DNA of 63,051 nucleotides, filler included, from Ministeria vibrans ATCC 50519 (taxonomy: Eukaryota; Protista; Filasterea): assembly GCA_943704425.1 (NCBI GenBank). It is 4 parts of 4 records of this genome, joined end to end, with 100 filler letters (N's around TTAATTAATTAA, not from the genome) between each part and the next. Parts side by side here need not be neighbours in the genome. Positions count along the whole stretch, not along the records: positions 40,602 to 61,895 come from CALSCP010002494.1; positions 61,996 to 63,051 come from CALSCP010001270.1; 2 more parts are not named here. One strand, 5' to 3'. How positions within the stretch are numbered: the stretch's first letter is position 1; each line of letters begins with the position of its first letter. Below are positions 49,601 through 62,100 of the stretch, in pieces. The notes under the pieces were generated by a model. That model did no database searches and was not told the DNA's origin. It saw only the letters and a program-made list of their open reading frames with translations. The translations under genes and the position numbers were made by a program.

Positions 49601-52600
49601 NNNNNNNNNNNNNNNNNNNNNNNNNNNNNNNNNNNNNNNNNNNNNNNNNNNNNNNNNNNNNNNNNNNNNNNNNNNNNNNNNNNNNNNNNNNNNNNNNNNN
49701 NNNNNNNNNNNNNNNNNNNNNNNNNNNNNNNNNNNNNNNNNNNNNNNNNNNNNNNNNNNNNNNNNNNNNNNNNNNNNNNNNNNNNNNNNNNNNNNNNNNN
49801 NNNNNNNNNNNNNNNNNNNNNNNNNNNNNNNNNNNNNNNNNNNNNNNNNNNNNNNNNNNNNNNNNNNNNNNNNNNNNNNNNNNNNNNNNNNNNNNNNNNN
49901 NNNNNTTGCTGACCCGGCCAGTGGTGTTCCTTCGTCGGCCGGCGGCGGTGCTGGTGGTGCACATGCGAGCCCCGGTGGTGATGGCACATCGCCTGCCAAC
50001 AACAATGGCGTTTCCTACGGTAGTTTGTATGCGCCGCGTCTGAGTGGCAGCAACGGTGGCAATAACGGTGGTAATGTGGGCGCTCGCGGTGGAGGCCGCG
50101 TTGAAATTCTCGTCGGTACCTCTATGGTGATGGACGGTGTCATTTCGGCGTCGGGTGCGACCACAGCTTCGGCCGGTGGCGGCAGTGGCGGCAGTGTGTT
50201 GATCCAGACACCCGCATTGCTTGGTATCGGTTCGTTCCTTGCGGACGGTGGCAATGGCGTTGGCGGTGGCAGTGGCGGTCGCGTTGCAGTCATCTCGACG
50301 AATGGCGTGTCGGGATTCACAGGTGCTTACTCGGCCATTGGCGGAAGTGGATCGTCTTCGACGCGTGCCGGTGGACCTGGCAGTGTGTACCTTGAGTCTC
50401 GTTTCACTTCGGGTACGACCACACATGAGCTTCGTGTGGACAATGTCAACCGACCGTGGACACAGTACCTTACCCTCGCCGAGCCCACAAACGCGACCGC
50501 GTTTGTCTTTGACCGTGTTGAATTGCTGCGTCAGGCGTCGATCCAAATGCAGTTTGATGACTCAGCTGCGCGCACCCTGTCCATTTCGCTGGTTGCCGGT
50601 GATCGCAGCGGTCTTGTCCACGTGCGACCTTTCCACTTGTTGAACCTCGAACTGACCGAGGGCAAGACAGTGTCGAAGCCTCCGACGAGTTTCACTATTG
50701 ACGCGAGTGCAGAGATCCGCTCCCCGGGTACTCTTCACATTTTGGGCACTGGCACTCCTGCGTTGCAGCTGAACGGCCGCATGACGGGCGTGAACAACCT
50801 CGTGGTGGGTGTCCAGCGCCGTGTCGAGCTGCTCTCCCTGGCGCACACTGCTCTGGGCACGTCGGGTTCGTACACAAACATTGAGGCGGCGGGTCGTCTT
50901 AACTTTGCGACGCTCTTGCTGGAGTCGGCGGCAGTGATCAACTACCAGGCTGGCATGGGCATGGTGAGTCTGTTTGGTACGCTCGAGCTGAAATTTGGAG
51001 CAAGCATTTCGGCCGACTTTTTCAGCGTGTCTGCTTCGTCGATCACGACCGAGCCCGACTCGGTGATGTCGTGCGACGGCCGCGGTCCAATTGCGGGCGG
51101 CATTGCGCCCGGAACGGTTGTTGACAGTCGAGGTGGTGGTGGAGGACACGCTTCGCCGGGTGGACAGGGGTCGAGCAATGGCGGCGAGGGACCATCATAT
51201 GGTTTCATGGAGACACCCGTCGAGTCGGGCAGTTCGGGTGGTAACACGGCGGGCGGACGCGGCGGTGGATACGTTCGTTTGTCGACAACACTCGGCGTGT
51301 ACNNNNNNNNNNNNNNNNNNNNNNNNNNNNNNNNNNNNNNNNNNNNNNNNNNNNNNNNNNNNNNNNNNNNNNNNNNNNNNNNNNNNNNNNNNNNNNNNNN
51401 NNNNNNNNNNNNNNNNNNNNNNNNNNNNNNNNNNNNNNNNNNNNNNNNNNNNNNNNNNNNNNNNNNNNNNNNNNNNNNNNNNNNNNNNNNNNNNNNNNNN
51501 NNNNNNNNNNNNNNNNNNNNNNNNNNNNNNNNNNNNNNNNNNNNNNNNNNNNNNNNNNNNNNNNNNNNNNNNNNNNNNNNNNNNNNNNNNNNNNNNNNNN
51601 NNNNNNNNNNNNNNNNNNNNNNNNNNNNNNNNNNNNNNNNNNNNNNNNNNNNNNNNNNNNNNNNNNNNNNNNNNNNNNNNNNNNNNNNNNNNNNNNNNNN
51701 NNNNNNNNNNNNNNNNNNNNNNNNNNNNNNNNNNNNNNNNNNNNNNNNNNNNNNNNNNNNNNNNNNNNNNTACGTGTCTCTGCTCACTGGTGATCGCACG
51801 GGTTTGTTGAACATTGCAACCGGTCAGCGAATGTACATCCAGCCGGAGAGCGCCGATACGCTGACGCGCACTCCCTCGAGTTTCAACATTGCCGAGGGTG
51901 GTGAGGCTGTGATGTCGTCGTCGACCTACCTGACGGGTCTGAGTTCGGAAGGACCTGCGCTGCGTCTTGAAGGTCGTCTCACCGGCGTGCGCAACCTGGT
52001 GATTGCGCCTGGTCGAACTGTGACGTCGGGCGCCAAGGCGCACACGGCTGTGTTGAACCAGGCAGGAACTGCCTACACGAGTATCGACGCCGCGGGCGAG
52101 TACAGCTTCAGCTTGTGGAGCCTGGGCGCTTCGTCGACCTGGATATTTGATGACAACGTTGGCATGACCGCTGTGCTTGGAGAGCTTCGTCTTCAGGGAG
52201 ACGCCGAAGTCTACTGTGACTTTGTGACACTCACGGCCGCCAACTTCTACCTCGAACCGGGCGCTCTGTTGAGCACTGCAGGTCGCAACAACGAGACGGC
52301 GTCGGCTGTCGGAGCGGGTGTGAGTGCGGCTACCGTCGCTTCGGGTGGCGGTCATGCGTCCGTGGGTGGTTCTGGCGGATCGTCGTTGACATCCGCCGGC
52401 GGTATTGCCTACGGTAATTTCTACCACCCGTCGATGCCGGGTGCGTCAGGCGGCCTCGTGTCGGGATCACAAGGACGTGGTGGAGGTGTGGTCCGTCTCA
52501 TTATCGGTTCGGAGATCACCAACGACGGTACACTGTCGGCGGCGGGCATCAGTGGTGCTGCCTCCAACTATGGCGGTGGCGGCGCTGGCGGGTCGGTGTG

Positions 52601-55600
52601 GGTAACGGTGCGCGTCTACGACGGTCACGGTATTGTGACTGTCGATGGCGGCGCTGGTGGCGGTACCTCAAGTGTGAAGCGTGCTGGAGGTGGAAGCGGT
52701 GGACGCATTGCGCTCTACGTCTCGTCAGCCTACGACTACCTTGGCACGCACACGGCGCTGGCCGGTGTGGGCTTTAGCGTGGACGTTGCGGGTCCCGGTA
52801 CCGTCTACCGTGAGGTGTTTTTCTCGGCGACCAGCAGGTGGGAAAACACATTCTGGACGGACAACAACTACAACGAGGACAGGACAATGACGCTCACGAT
52901 GCCCGGCTATGTACGTTACAACGGCATTCAGACGACGTCCTCGAACTTGATCCGTTTCGACTACATGGATGTGCGTGGCAATGTGTGGATCGAGGTGACG
53001 GAGGGCGGTGAAACCGCTCGCGAGGAGGTTCTTCAGGTTGGCACACTGTGGGGCGACATGACTGGCATGATGCATCCCGTCAACTACCAGAGTTTCCGAC
53101 TGGAGTTCTCGGAGACGTTGTCACGTGTGTCGCGTCTGCCCGTCAACTTCAAGGTTGAGCCGAATGCAGAGATTATGGCGGCAACCGAACTGCATCTGAT
53201 TGGGTCGCGTTCCGTGGCGATGCGGCTGATGGGTCGTCTCACCGGTGTACTCAAGCTGGTGCTGGAAGAAAATCGCGTTTTGTCTGTCCAAGGAACGACG
53301 GCGACGACGGCAACATTCAAGGCGGGCGCCTACGAGAACACGCCTGAGCCCGACCTGTTGTCATTCTCTACCTTGTTGCTTGAGTTCAGCGCGGAGGTGC
53401 AGTACGACACAACGTGCGAACTGAGTCTGCAAAAGCTCGATATGCGTGGATCGACTCTCATCAACGCTGACAGTGTTGTGATTCGTGCAACCTCTGTGGA
53501 CCTCGACGTGGGCGCTGTGATCTCGGCGAGTAGTCGTGGGTCGGAGAGTGCTACGGGTCCTGGTGCGGGCACGACCATGTCAAGCGTGGGTACGGGTGCT
53601 GGACATGGCGGTTATGGTTACGCGGACCTGGTTACGCTCAAGGGCGGCATTCCGTACGGCTCGTACGACGTGCCCACCTTGGTGGGAAGTGGTGGCGGTA
53701 ACGGTGCGGCTGCTGGCTCGGGTGGACGCGGTGGCGGTACCATTCTGCTGAACGTTGGCGCGGCTCTGCGTCTGGACGGTACTCTGGAGGCTAAGGGTGG
53801 CGCAGGAACGTCCGGCAATGCGGGCGGTGGTTCGGGCGGCAGTGTACTTGTGTACACGTACCTCTTTCTTGGTTTCGGCGTCATTGATGTCTCTGGTGGT
53901 GCGGGTGCGGGCACTGGTGGTGCAGGCTCGGGCGGTCGTGCGTCAGTCCAGGTGACTTTCCTGCGCACGTACAGCGGCGAGTACCGCGCCTATAGTGGCT
54001 CGTCGGGCTCGCGCTCGGGCGCCTGCGGTACCGTCTACTACACCGACTCGAACAAGGGTCTGGACTTCCGGCCGTTGATCACCAACGACCAGGGACAGCA
54101 GGTGCTTGGACCCGTCTTTACGCGCCTAATTCTTGACAACAACAACCTGCAGACGCTGGTGCCGTCGATGATTATTCACCCGAACCGCACACACTACTAC
54201 TTTGACGAGATTGACATTGTGCGTGGTGCCTACCTTCAGTTTGACGGCGCCAATGTGGACCTAACAGTGCCTCTGTTCTTGGGCGATCGCACGGGATTGT
54301 GTCATGTGCGTCCTGCCCAGCGAATGTTTGCCGAGTACAACGAAGCAGAGCTGACGGAAACAACGGCACCCTGCTCCTTTGAGATTGACGATGGTGGCGA
54401 GGTGTTCTTACCTGCCATCACGCGCATTGTGGGCATTCGCAACCGTCTCAAGGGTTTGATGACGGGCGTGCAGCTGATGTACGTCGCTGCCGGCGGTGTC
54501 ATGGTGATGGAGTCAACGGGACGCACAGGCACGCAGCAGAATGGTCAGTACGTGGTGCTGACGACGGCCGGTAACTTCACCATCAACGCCATCACTGTTC
54601 AGGCGCGCGGTCTGCTGACCTTTGATCGCACGGAAAATCCCATGAGCATCAAGACAAGTACGCTGACCGTGAAGTATCTCGGTGAGGTGGTCATTGACGA
54701 GGCGGTCATCGACTCGTCGGATGCAAACATTGAGTCGCTTGGACACCTCAACTTTGACTATGGTGGGTACGCCGCGATGACGGGTCCCGGAGCGGGCAAG
54801 ACTAACAGCGGTGTGGGCTCCGGAGCGGGTTATGGTGGATTTGGTGCGTCGGGAACGTCGATTTCGTCCACGGGCGTGCCATATGGTAGCGTCTACAAGC
54901 CAGAGCTTGCTGGTTCGGGCGGTGGCAATGGAAACTCGGGACATACCGGTGGTGCTGGTGGTGGTCTGCTTTTCTGGAACATTGCACAGACGCTCGATGT
55001 GAATGGGTTTGTGACGTCGCGAGGTCAGAATGCGACTGGCGCGAGCGCTGGCGGTGGTAGCGGTGGCTGCATTTCCATTGTGGCAACCAACACAACGGGC
55101 TGGGGCGAGATCAATGTTGCCGGTGGACATGGTGGATCGTCGAGCGGTGGTGGCGGTAGTGGTGGTCGTCTGGCCATGTTGATTGAGTTTCAGAACAACT
55201 TTTCCGGTGTGTACCGCTCGGCGGGAGGCAGCGGTGGCGGAACACTGCTCCATGGTGCGGCAGGTACGGTGTACAAGGAGGAGACACGACGTGGTCTTCA
55301 GTACCGTGAGCTCAAGTACAACCCGAATGCGAATGCGACTGAGCTCGAGAGTGCCCACACCTTCCTGCAAGTGGATAACGAAGGCAACCGTGCGCCGTAT
55401 CCGACGCGTGTCATGGAGGAGGATCTCTATGAGTACGAGTTTAGGGAAGGTGTGATTACGCGTGAGGCGGACCTTGAGTTCTACCACCCCGAGACAGGAC
55501 ACCCACTTATCAACATTACGATCCACGAATTTATCGGAGACCGCACAGGTCTGGTGCATATTTATGCGGAGCAGCGACTCTACGTGGAGTTCCAGGAGTC

Positions 55601-58600
55601 CGTTCTCAACTCGTCGATTGCGCCGTGCTCGTACCTTGTCGACGCCGGTGGCGAGATTGTGTTCCCCGAGGAGGCGGGCATTATTGGATCGCGCTCTGAG
55701 ATTCACGGCATTATTGTCGGCGTGCAACATTTGATCATTGGACGCTTTGGCAACGTGCTGTTTTCGTCGACGGCACAAACGGCACAGGTGGTGCGTCAGG
55801 GTGAGAACTCATTTGGACTCACACGCGTGACGCAGCCTGGCAATTTCAGTGTGGCTCAAATGACCATCAAGGCGGGTGGCGATGTCCAATTTGCGCTGCT
55901 GAGCGTCACGGATGGCTCGGAGTTGACCCTCACGGTGGACATCATGCGAGTGAAGTACCAGGGTATTATGCGTGTGAACCAGGCGAAGATCAAGTCGTCG
56001 GTGGGCAATGTGGAAGCGCAGGGACACCTCAACTTTGATGCGGGTGGCTGGAGCGGAAACGAGGGTCCTGGCACAGGCGCTCAGATCAACAGCGTGTACA
56101 TTGGTGGCTCGTATGGTGGACGTGGTGGTGCCCCTGCGACATCGACGCCGTTGGCGTATGGTTCGGCGATGCGTCCCATTCACGTGGGTAGTGGTGGCGG
56201 TTCGGCAAGCGGCGGTACCGGCGGCGGCTACCTCAACTGGGTGTCGGATCTTCTAATTACCATCAACGGCAATGTAACGGCGCGTGGCGTCGGATCGACG
56301 GTCAACTCGGCGGGAGCCGGCGCTGGCGGTGGTATTCTGATTTCGGCCATTAGCATGACGGGTCAGGGTAACATTGATGTGCGCGGCGGTGACCAGCCTG
56401 GCACTTCGACCGCCTACGGTGGTGGAGGTGCAGGCGGACGTATTGCTCTGCACATTGGTGCAATCAATGTGTTTGGCGGCAACTTGTACGTTGCCGGTGG
56501 CAAGGGTCAGTGGTACGGTGGCAGTGGCACGGCGTACAAGGAGGAGTCGTCGCGAGGTCTCCAGTACCGTGTGCGCAAATTCAACCCTGTCACGAACACG
56601 GCCGAGTTCCAGGCGCCCTACAACGAGATCATTGCGGACAACCTTGGCAACGAGTCACCGCAACCGGCGGTGATTATGGAGGAGGATACGGCCGCCTACG
56701 AGTTTGATCGGGGTGACCTCACTGGCTATGCCGACTTGGAATTTGCCGACGCAGACGGCGATGATCTCAAGGCCATCAACGTGACCTTCCACGAATTGGT
56801 GGGTGACAAAACGGGACGACTGCGTGTGCGTCAAAACCAGCTGGCCCTCGTCGAGTTTGTACAGTCGGAGACCAACGTGACACAGGCTCCCTGTTCGTAT
56901 CTCGTCGACGTAAGCGGCACCATTGTGTTCCCAGTTGAGGCGCTCTTCCGCGGCGTGCGCACCGAAGTGGCGGGTCTTATGGCCGGCGTGGAGCTGATGG
57001 GTGTGTCGGACGGTGCAGTGTTCCAGTTTGACTCGACAGGCCAGACGGCTCTCGTGGTCAACGCGGAGATTGTGCGCGAGACGGGTGCCGGTAACTTCTC
57101 GGTGGCCATTATTGAGATTCGCAAGGGCGGACAGCTCTTTTTCAACCGTGTGTCGCTGGAGGAGATGCGTGTGGATACGGCGGACCTTCGCGTGAAGTAC
57201 CAAGGCGAGCTTCTGGTCAACTCGGCGCAGGTGTTCTCGTCTGTGGGTACCATCGAGTCGCAGGGTCACTTTAACCTGGACGCGCTTGGCTACCAGCAGT
57301 CGATGGGACCTGNNNNNNNNNNNNNNNNNNNNNNNNNNNNNNNNNNNNNNNNNNNNNNNNNNNNNNNNNNNNNNNNNNNNNNNNNNNNNNNNNNNNNNNN
57401 NNNNNNNNNNNNNNNNNNNNNNNNNNNNNNNNNNNNNNNNNNNNNNNNNNNNNNNNNNNNNNNNNNNNNNNNNNNNNNNNNNNNNNNNNNNNNNNNNNNN
57501 NNNNNNNNNNNNNNNNNNNNNNNNNNNNNNNNNNNNNNNNNNNNNNNNNNNNNNNNNNNNNNNNNNNNNNNNNNNNNNNNNNNNNNNNNNNNNNNNNNNN
57601 NNNNNNNNNNNNNNNNNNNNNNNNNNNNNNNNNNNNNNNNNNNNNNNNNNNNNNNNNNNNNNNNNNNNNNNNNNNNNNNNNNNNNNNNNNNNNNNNNNNN
57701 NNNNNNNNNNNNNNNNNNNNNNNNNNNNNNNNNNNNNNNTGGCGTTCTTGTGACCATGGGTGGCGCTGCGGCCAATTCGGGTGCGTACCCGGGTGCGGCC
57801 GGAACAGCACACACCACGGAGAGCAGCCGGGGTTTGTCGTACCGCAAGCGCAAGTTCAACCCCGAGCTGAACAAGTACGCTTTGGTGGCGCCCTTCTGGA
57901 CGCTTGACGTCAACAACGCCAATCAAGTGTCGACGGCATTTACCATTGTTGTCTCGCAAACACAAGACCTGTACTTCTTCAGCGAGATGCGTCTGAGCGC
58001 CCTCGGTCGACTGCAGTTCTTCCATCCCGAAGACTCTCCGTTGGTCAACGTGACCGTAGTGGAGTTTGTTGGTGACAAGACTGGTTTGTTGAACATGCAA
58101 GACAAGCAAATTGCGTACATTGAGATCTTTGATGACGACGAGCTCGAAGGGTTCACGACGGCAGTGTTCAGTGCGGCGCCTTGCTCGTACCTTATTGACG
58201 TGGGTGCCACTATTGTGATCCCCATTGAGTTTGAGGTGCACGGCGTTGCCACGACACTCAATGGCGACCTCACCGGTGTGCAATACATGGTTGTCGAAGA
58301 CGGTGGTTCCTTCACATACTCGAGTACGGCACGCACCAGTCTGCTGGAGGGCACCGAAGTGGTCGGTCTGACGAACCCGGGTCATGCGCAGTTTCCCGAT
58401 CTGGTGATCAAGAGTGGTGGTACGATGACGACGGCCACGTCGGACATTACGGAGGGTATCATCGCCGTGAATGTGACTGTGAAGTACAGCGGTACACTGC
58501 TTGTTGGTGGCATTGCACTGGTGGAGGCGACCAACCTGGTGATCGAGTCGACGGGCACGCTCAACTCCGATAGCAAGGGTTACGCGGCCAACCTTGGTCC

Positions 58601-61600
58601 AGGCGCGCCAACAAACACTCTGTGCGGTGCTGGCCACGCTTCGACAGGTGGCACCTACTCGACGTGCTCGACGGGCGGTCCTTACTACGGCGACCCGCGT
58701 TTGCCTGTGGATCGTGGCAGTGGTGGTGGTCACGCATCGGGCGGCGGTGTCATTCACATTCGTTCCGACTACATGCGCATTGACGGTACACTCTCGGCCG
58801 AGGGTCAGTCAGTGAGTGGAAGTGCCGGCTCGGGTGGTTCAATCTACCTGCGTTGTGACATTCAGCTGCTCGGTCAGGGTCTGATCAGTGTCGATGGTGG
58901 CACCGACACGTCGAGTGGCTCTCGTCATGGCTCGGGTGGACGTATTGCGGTACGCATTGATGGCGGCCGCTACTCGTACGCCGGTACGATTCGGGCGCAG
59001 AATGGCGGAACGACGGCCGGTACGGGCACGGTGTACTTCCAGGAGCGCATTGATGAGGTGCGTCAGATACAGACGCTCTTCCTGAACAAGTACACGTCGA
59101 CGGCGCCTTTTGAGATTGACACGGTTGCTTACACCGAGTCGGGCGAGACGCTGTGCAAGTTTGACGTGGTCCGTGTCACAGGCACACTCACGGTCCGTCT
59201 GAAGCAGTACTCGCCGACGACGGTGACCAATTTCTGGTTGGTCGACCGCTTTGAAGGTGACGGTAATGGTGTGTTCTCGGTGCGTGCACAGGATGTGTGG
59301 TATGTTGAGCCGACGCAAGCGAAGACGTACTTGCCAGCCAACGTTGACATTGCCGTTGGCGGCACATTTATGATGCCGCGCATCACCTATGTGGATGGTC
59401 TGCGCTCCTCGTCGATGACGATTGCCGGCTACCTGTGGGGTGTTGACGAGTTGTGGCTCAAGCGAGGCACAGTGACCTTTACAAGGACCGGACGCACGCG
59501 CTGCGCGACTGTGGGGTGCACCGACACGGTGGGTGCGGGTGAGTACCGATTCCGTGCGATGCACGTGCTCACGGGCGTGACTGCTTCGATTCCCGACGTG
59601 AACGTGTACAACACGTTGCCGTCCACGTCGAATTTGATCACATTCTATCCGGGTCAGTTTGAGATGCACGTGTCGTCGACGATGACGACCGACGCCGTCA
59701 GTATTTATGGCGAGTCGGCGCGCATGCAATCGGGCTCCACGATTACAATGCAGTACAAGGGCTGGCCGGCCTCGACTGGCTTCAACACAACGACGGCAGG
59801 TACGGATGGTTGCTCGTCGTGCGAGACGAGCATTGTGGGTGGAGGCGGTGCGGGCCACGGAAATATTGGAGGTCTTCGTCGCATGCGTCGTGGCACGCGA
59901 TCTGGAAGCGAACTGGGCTTGTGTCCCTCGAACTTGTACACGGATGTGGTGCAAGACTTCTCGTACCCACCTCGAGCGNNNNNNNNNNNNNNNNNNNNNN
60001 NNNNNNNNNNNNNNNNNNNNNNNNNNNNNNNNNNNNNNNNNNNNNNNNNNNNNNNNNNNNNNNNNNNNNNNNNNNNNNNNNNNNNNNNNNNNNNNNNNNN
60101 NNNNNNNNNNNNNNNNNNNNNNNNNNNNNNNNNNNNNNNNNNNNNNNNNNNNNNNNNNNNNNNNNNNNNNNNNNNNNNNNNNNNNNNNNNNNNNNNNNNN
60201 NNNNNNNNNNNNNNNNNNNNNNNNNNNNNNNNNNNNNNNNNNNNNNNNNNNNNNNNNNNNNNNNNNNNNNNCGTCCGGACTTGCACCGGAACCACGTACG
60301 CCTACGGTGGCGGTGGTGCGGGTGGACGTGTCGCGCTTTATTCGGAAGGCGGCGAATCTGTGCCACTTGTGCAGGCGTCAGATGTTGCGGGTGGCAGTGG
60401 GCCTATCCAAGCGACGTATCCAGACAACGCGGGTGCCAAGGGAACGGTGTGCACGTCGACCAACTGCAACTACCACGGTCTTTTCCTGGAGGCAAACGGC
60501 AAGTGTCAGTGCAACACGGACTGGTACGGACCGTCGTGCGGCACCTATTGCGAGCCGACCGCCTCGTGTTCGTCTCAAGGTGTGTGCCAGCAGGATGGTA
60601 CGTGCTTGTGCAACACGGGTTACTCAGGACTACAATGTGAGATTGCGTGCGACGCCAGCACTTGCATTGGTGGGCGTTGCAGCGTGTCGGGCACTTGTAT
60701 TTGCGACTCATGCTACTCGGGCACGACGTGCGACGCTCTGTGTTCCAATGTGGGCAACTGCAGCGTGGTGACCGACTCGTGCGAGTGTGAACCGTGCCGT
60801 CATGGATCGGTGTGCGAGAAGACGTGCAACGGTGTGGGAACGTGCACGAATGACGAGTGTGTGTGCCAGACTGGCTGGTCGGGTCCCTTCTGCGAGGAAC
60901 CGATTTGCCCCGAGGTGAATGGCCAGCAGTGCGCTGGGCATGGTTTCTGTCTCGAGTTCTTGCAGCGATGCTACTGTTTGCCCGGCTGGACTGGCGCCGA
61001 CTGCAACACGCCCGACTGTCCCGGCTCGCCCGATTGCAACGCACGTGGCACATGTGACGCGAACCGCATTCGACCGCGCTGTGTCAACTGTGCCACTGGC
61101 TGGATTGGTTCGGGCTGTCAGCTTCCGTGCGTCAACGGTATCGAGGTTGTGCCCGAGTCGGACGTGTGCACTTGCAATGTGGCGTGCTACACGGGCGCCG
61201 GGTGCGACAGCCTGTGCTCCGACCATGGTGTGTGCGGTGGAGGTGGCACGTGCGAGTGCCAAAATGGATGGCGTGGCGATTTCTGCGAGATTGCAGGTTG
61301 TCCGGGTTCGACGGACTGTTCCGGTCATGGTGTGTGTAACACAGCGTTGCACGAGTGCACATGCAAACCAGGCTGGCAAGGTAGCGACTGCAATACCACC
61401 GACTGTCCTGGCGATCCAGACTGTGCCAATCGTGGCACGTGCTCGACCGATTTTGATCCGCCACGCTGCACCAACTGTGCGACCGGCTGGATGGGTCCTG
61501 GCTGCGACCGTGTGTGTCTGTTTGGCACGGAGCAGGTTCCATTTAGCAACGATTGTGTGTGTCAGATGTGCTATTCGGGATTGGGCTGCGACTCGCTGTG

Positions 61601-61895
61601 CTCGGGCCACGGATCGTGCCCGGGCGGCACCGGCTGTGTCTGTGACGACTTTTGGCGTGGCGATTTGTGCGATGTTCCCGCCTGCAAGGGTATTGGTGAG
61701 GACTGTTCGGGCAATGGCGTGTGCAACACGGTGACGGGCGAGTGTACTTGCGAGCCTGGCTTCCAGGGCGACGGCTGTGAGTCTTTTGACTGCCCCGGCT
61801 CGCCCGACTGCAACGGTCGCGGTGTGTGCAATGGAACATTTTCGCCGCCGCGCTGTCGCGACTGCGCTCATGGCTTTATGGGCGAGGCATGCGAA
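40602..61895 (+). CDS. Giant (>7,000 aa, both ends missing) predicted extracellular protein: ~17 glycine-rich ~400-aa repeats followed by tenascin-like EGF repeats
   Basis: One frame is open over the whole contig and across six N gaps. Recurring GxGHGGxGG...YG...P...GSGGG...GGGSGGS...GGGSGGR(I/V)A...GTVY...L.(I/V)DN...GD.TG motifs; from ~60450 CSxHGxC...CxCxxGWxGxxC EGF units. The GTG start and the stop in the ORF track are artefacts of the contig ends. Confidence 0.93.
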
Positions 61896-61995
61896 NNNNN
61901 NNNNNNNNNNNNNNNNNNNNNNNNNNNNNNNNNNNNNNNTTAATTAATTAANNNNNNNNNNNNNNNNNNNNNNNNNNNNNNNNNNNNNNNNNNNN
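61896..61995. other. Artificial contig-joining spacer
   Basis: N44-TTAATTAATTAA-N44. Confidence 0.97.
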
Positions 61996-62075
<80 letters not shown>

Positions 62076-62100
62076 CAACTAATCCTCCATTGCGTCTAAC

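Noticed and set aside
41037-61871. Long antisense and alternate-frame ORFs within the giant gene (e.g. 56655-58757, 48951-50546, 54513-55778)
   Set aside because: Shadows of GC-rich, codon-biased coding sequence, several inflated by N runs; no recognisable motifs.
40602-61895. Calling the giant protein tenascin, PE-PGRS or a bacterial autotransporter
   Set aside because: Only the EGF units are tenascin-like; no FN3, fibrinogen, PE or beta-barrel domain is visible in the sequenced part.
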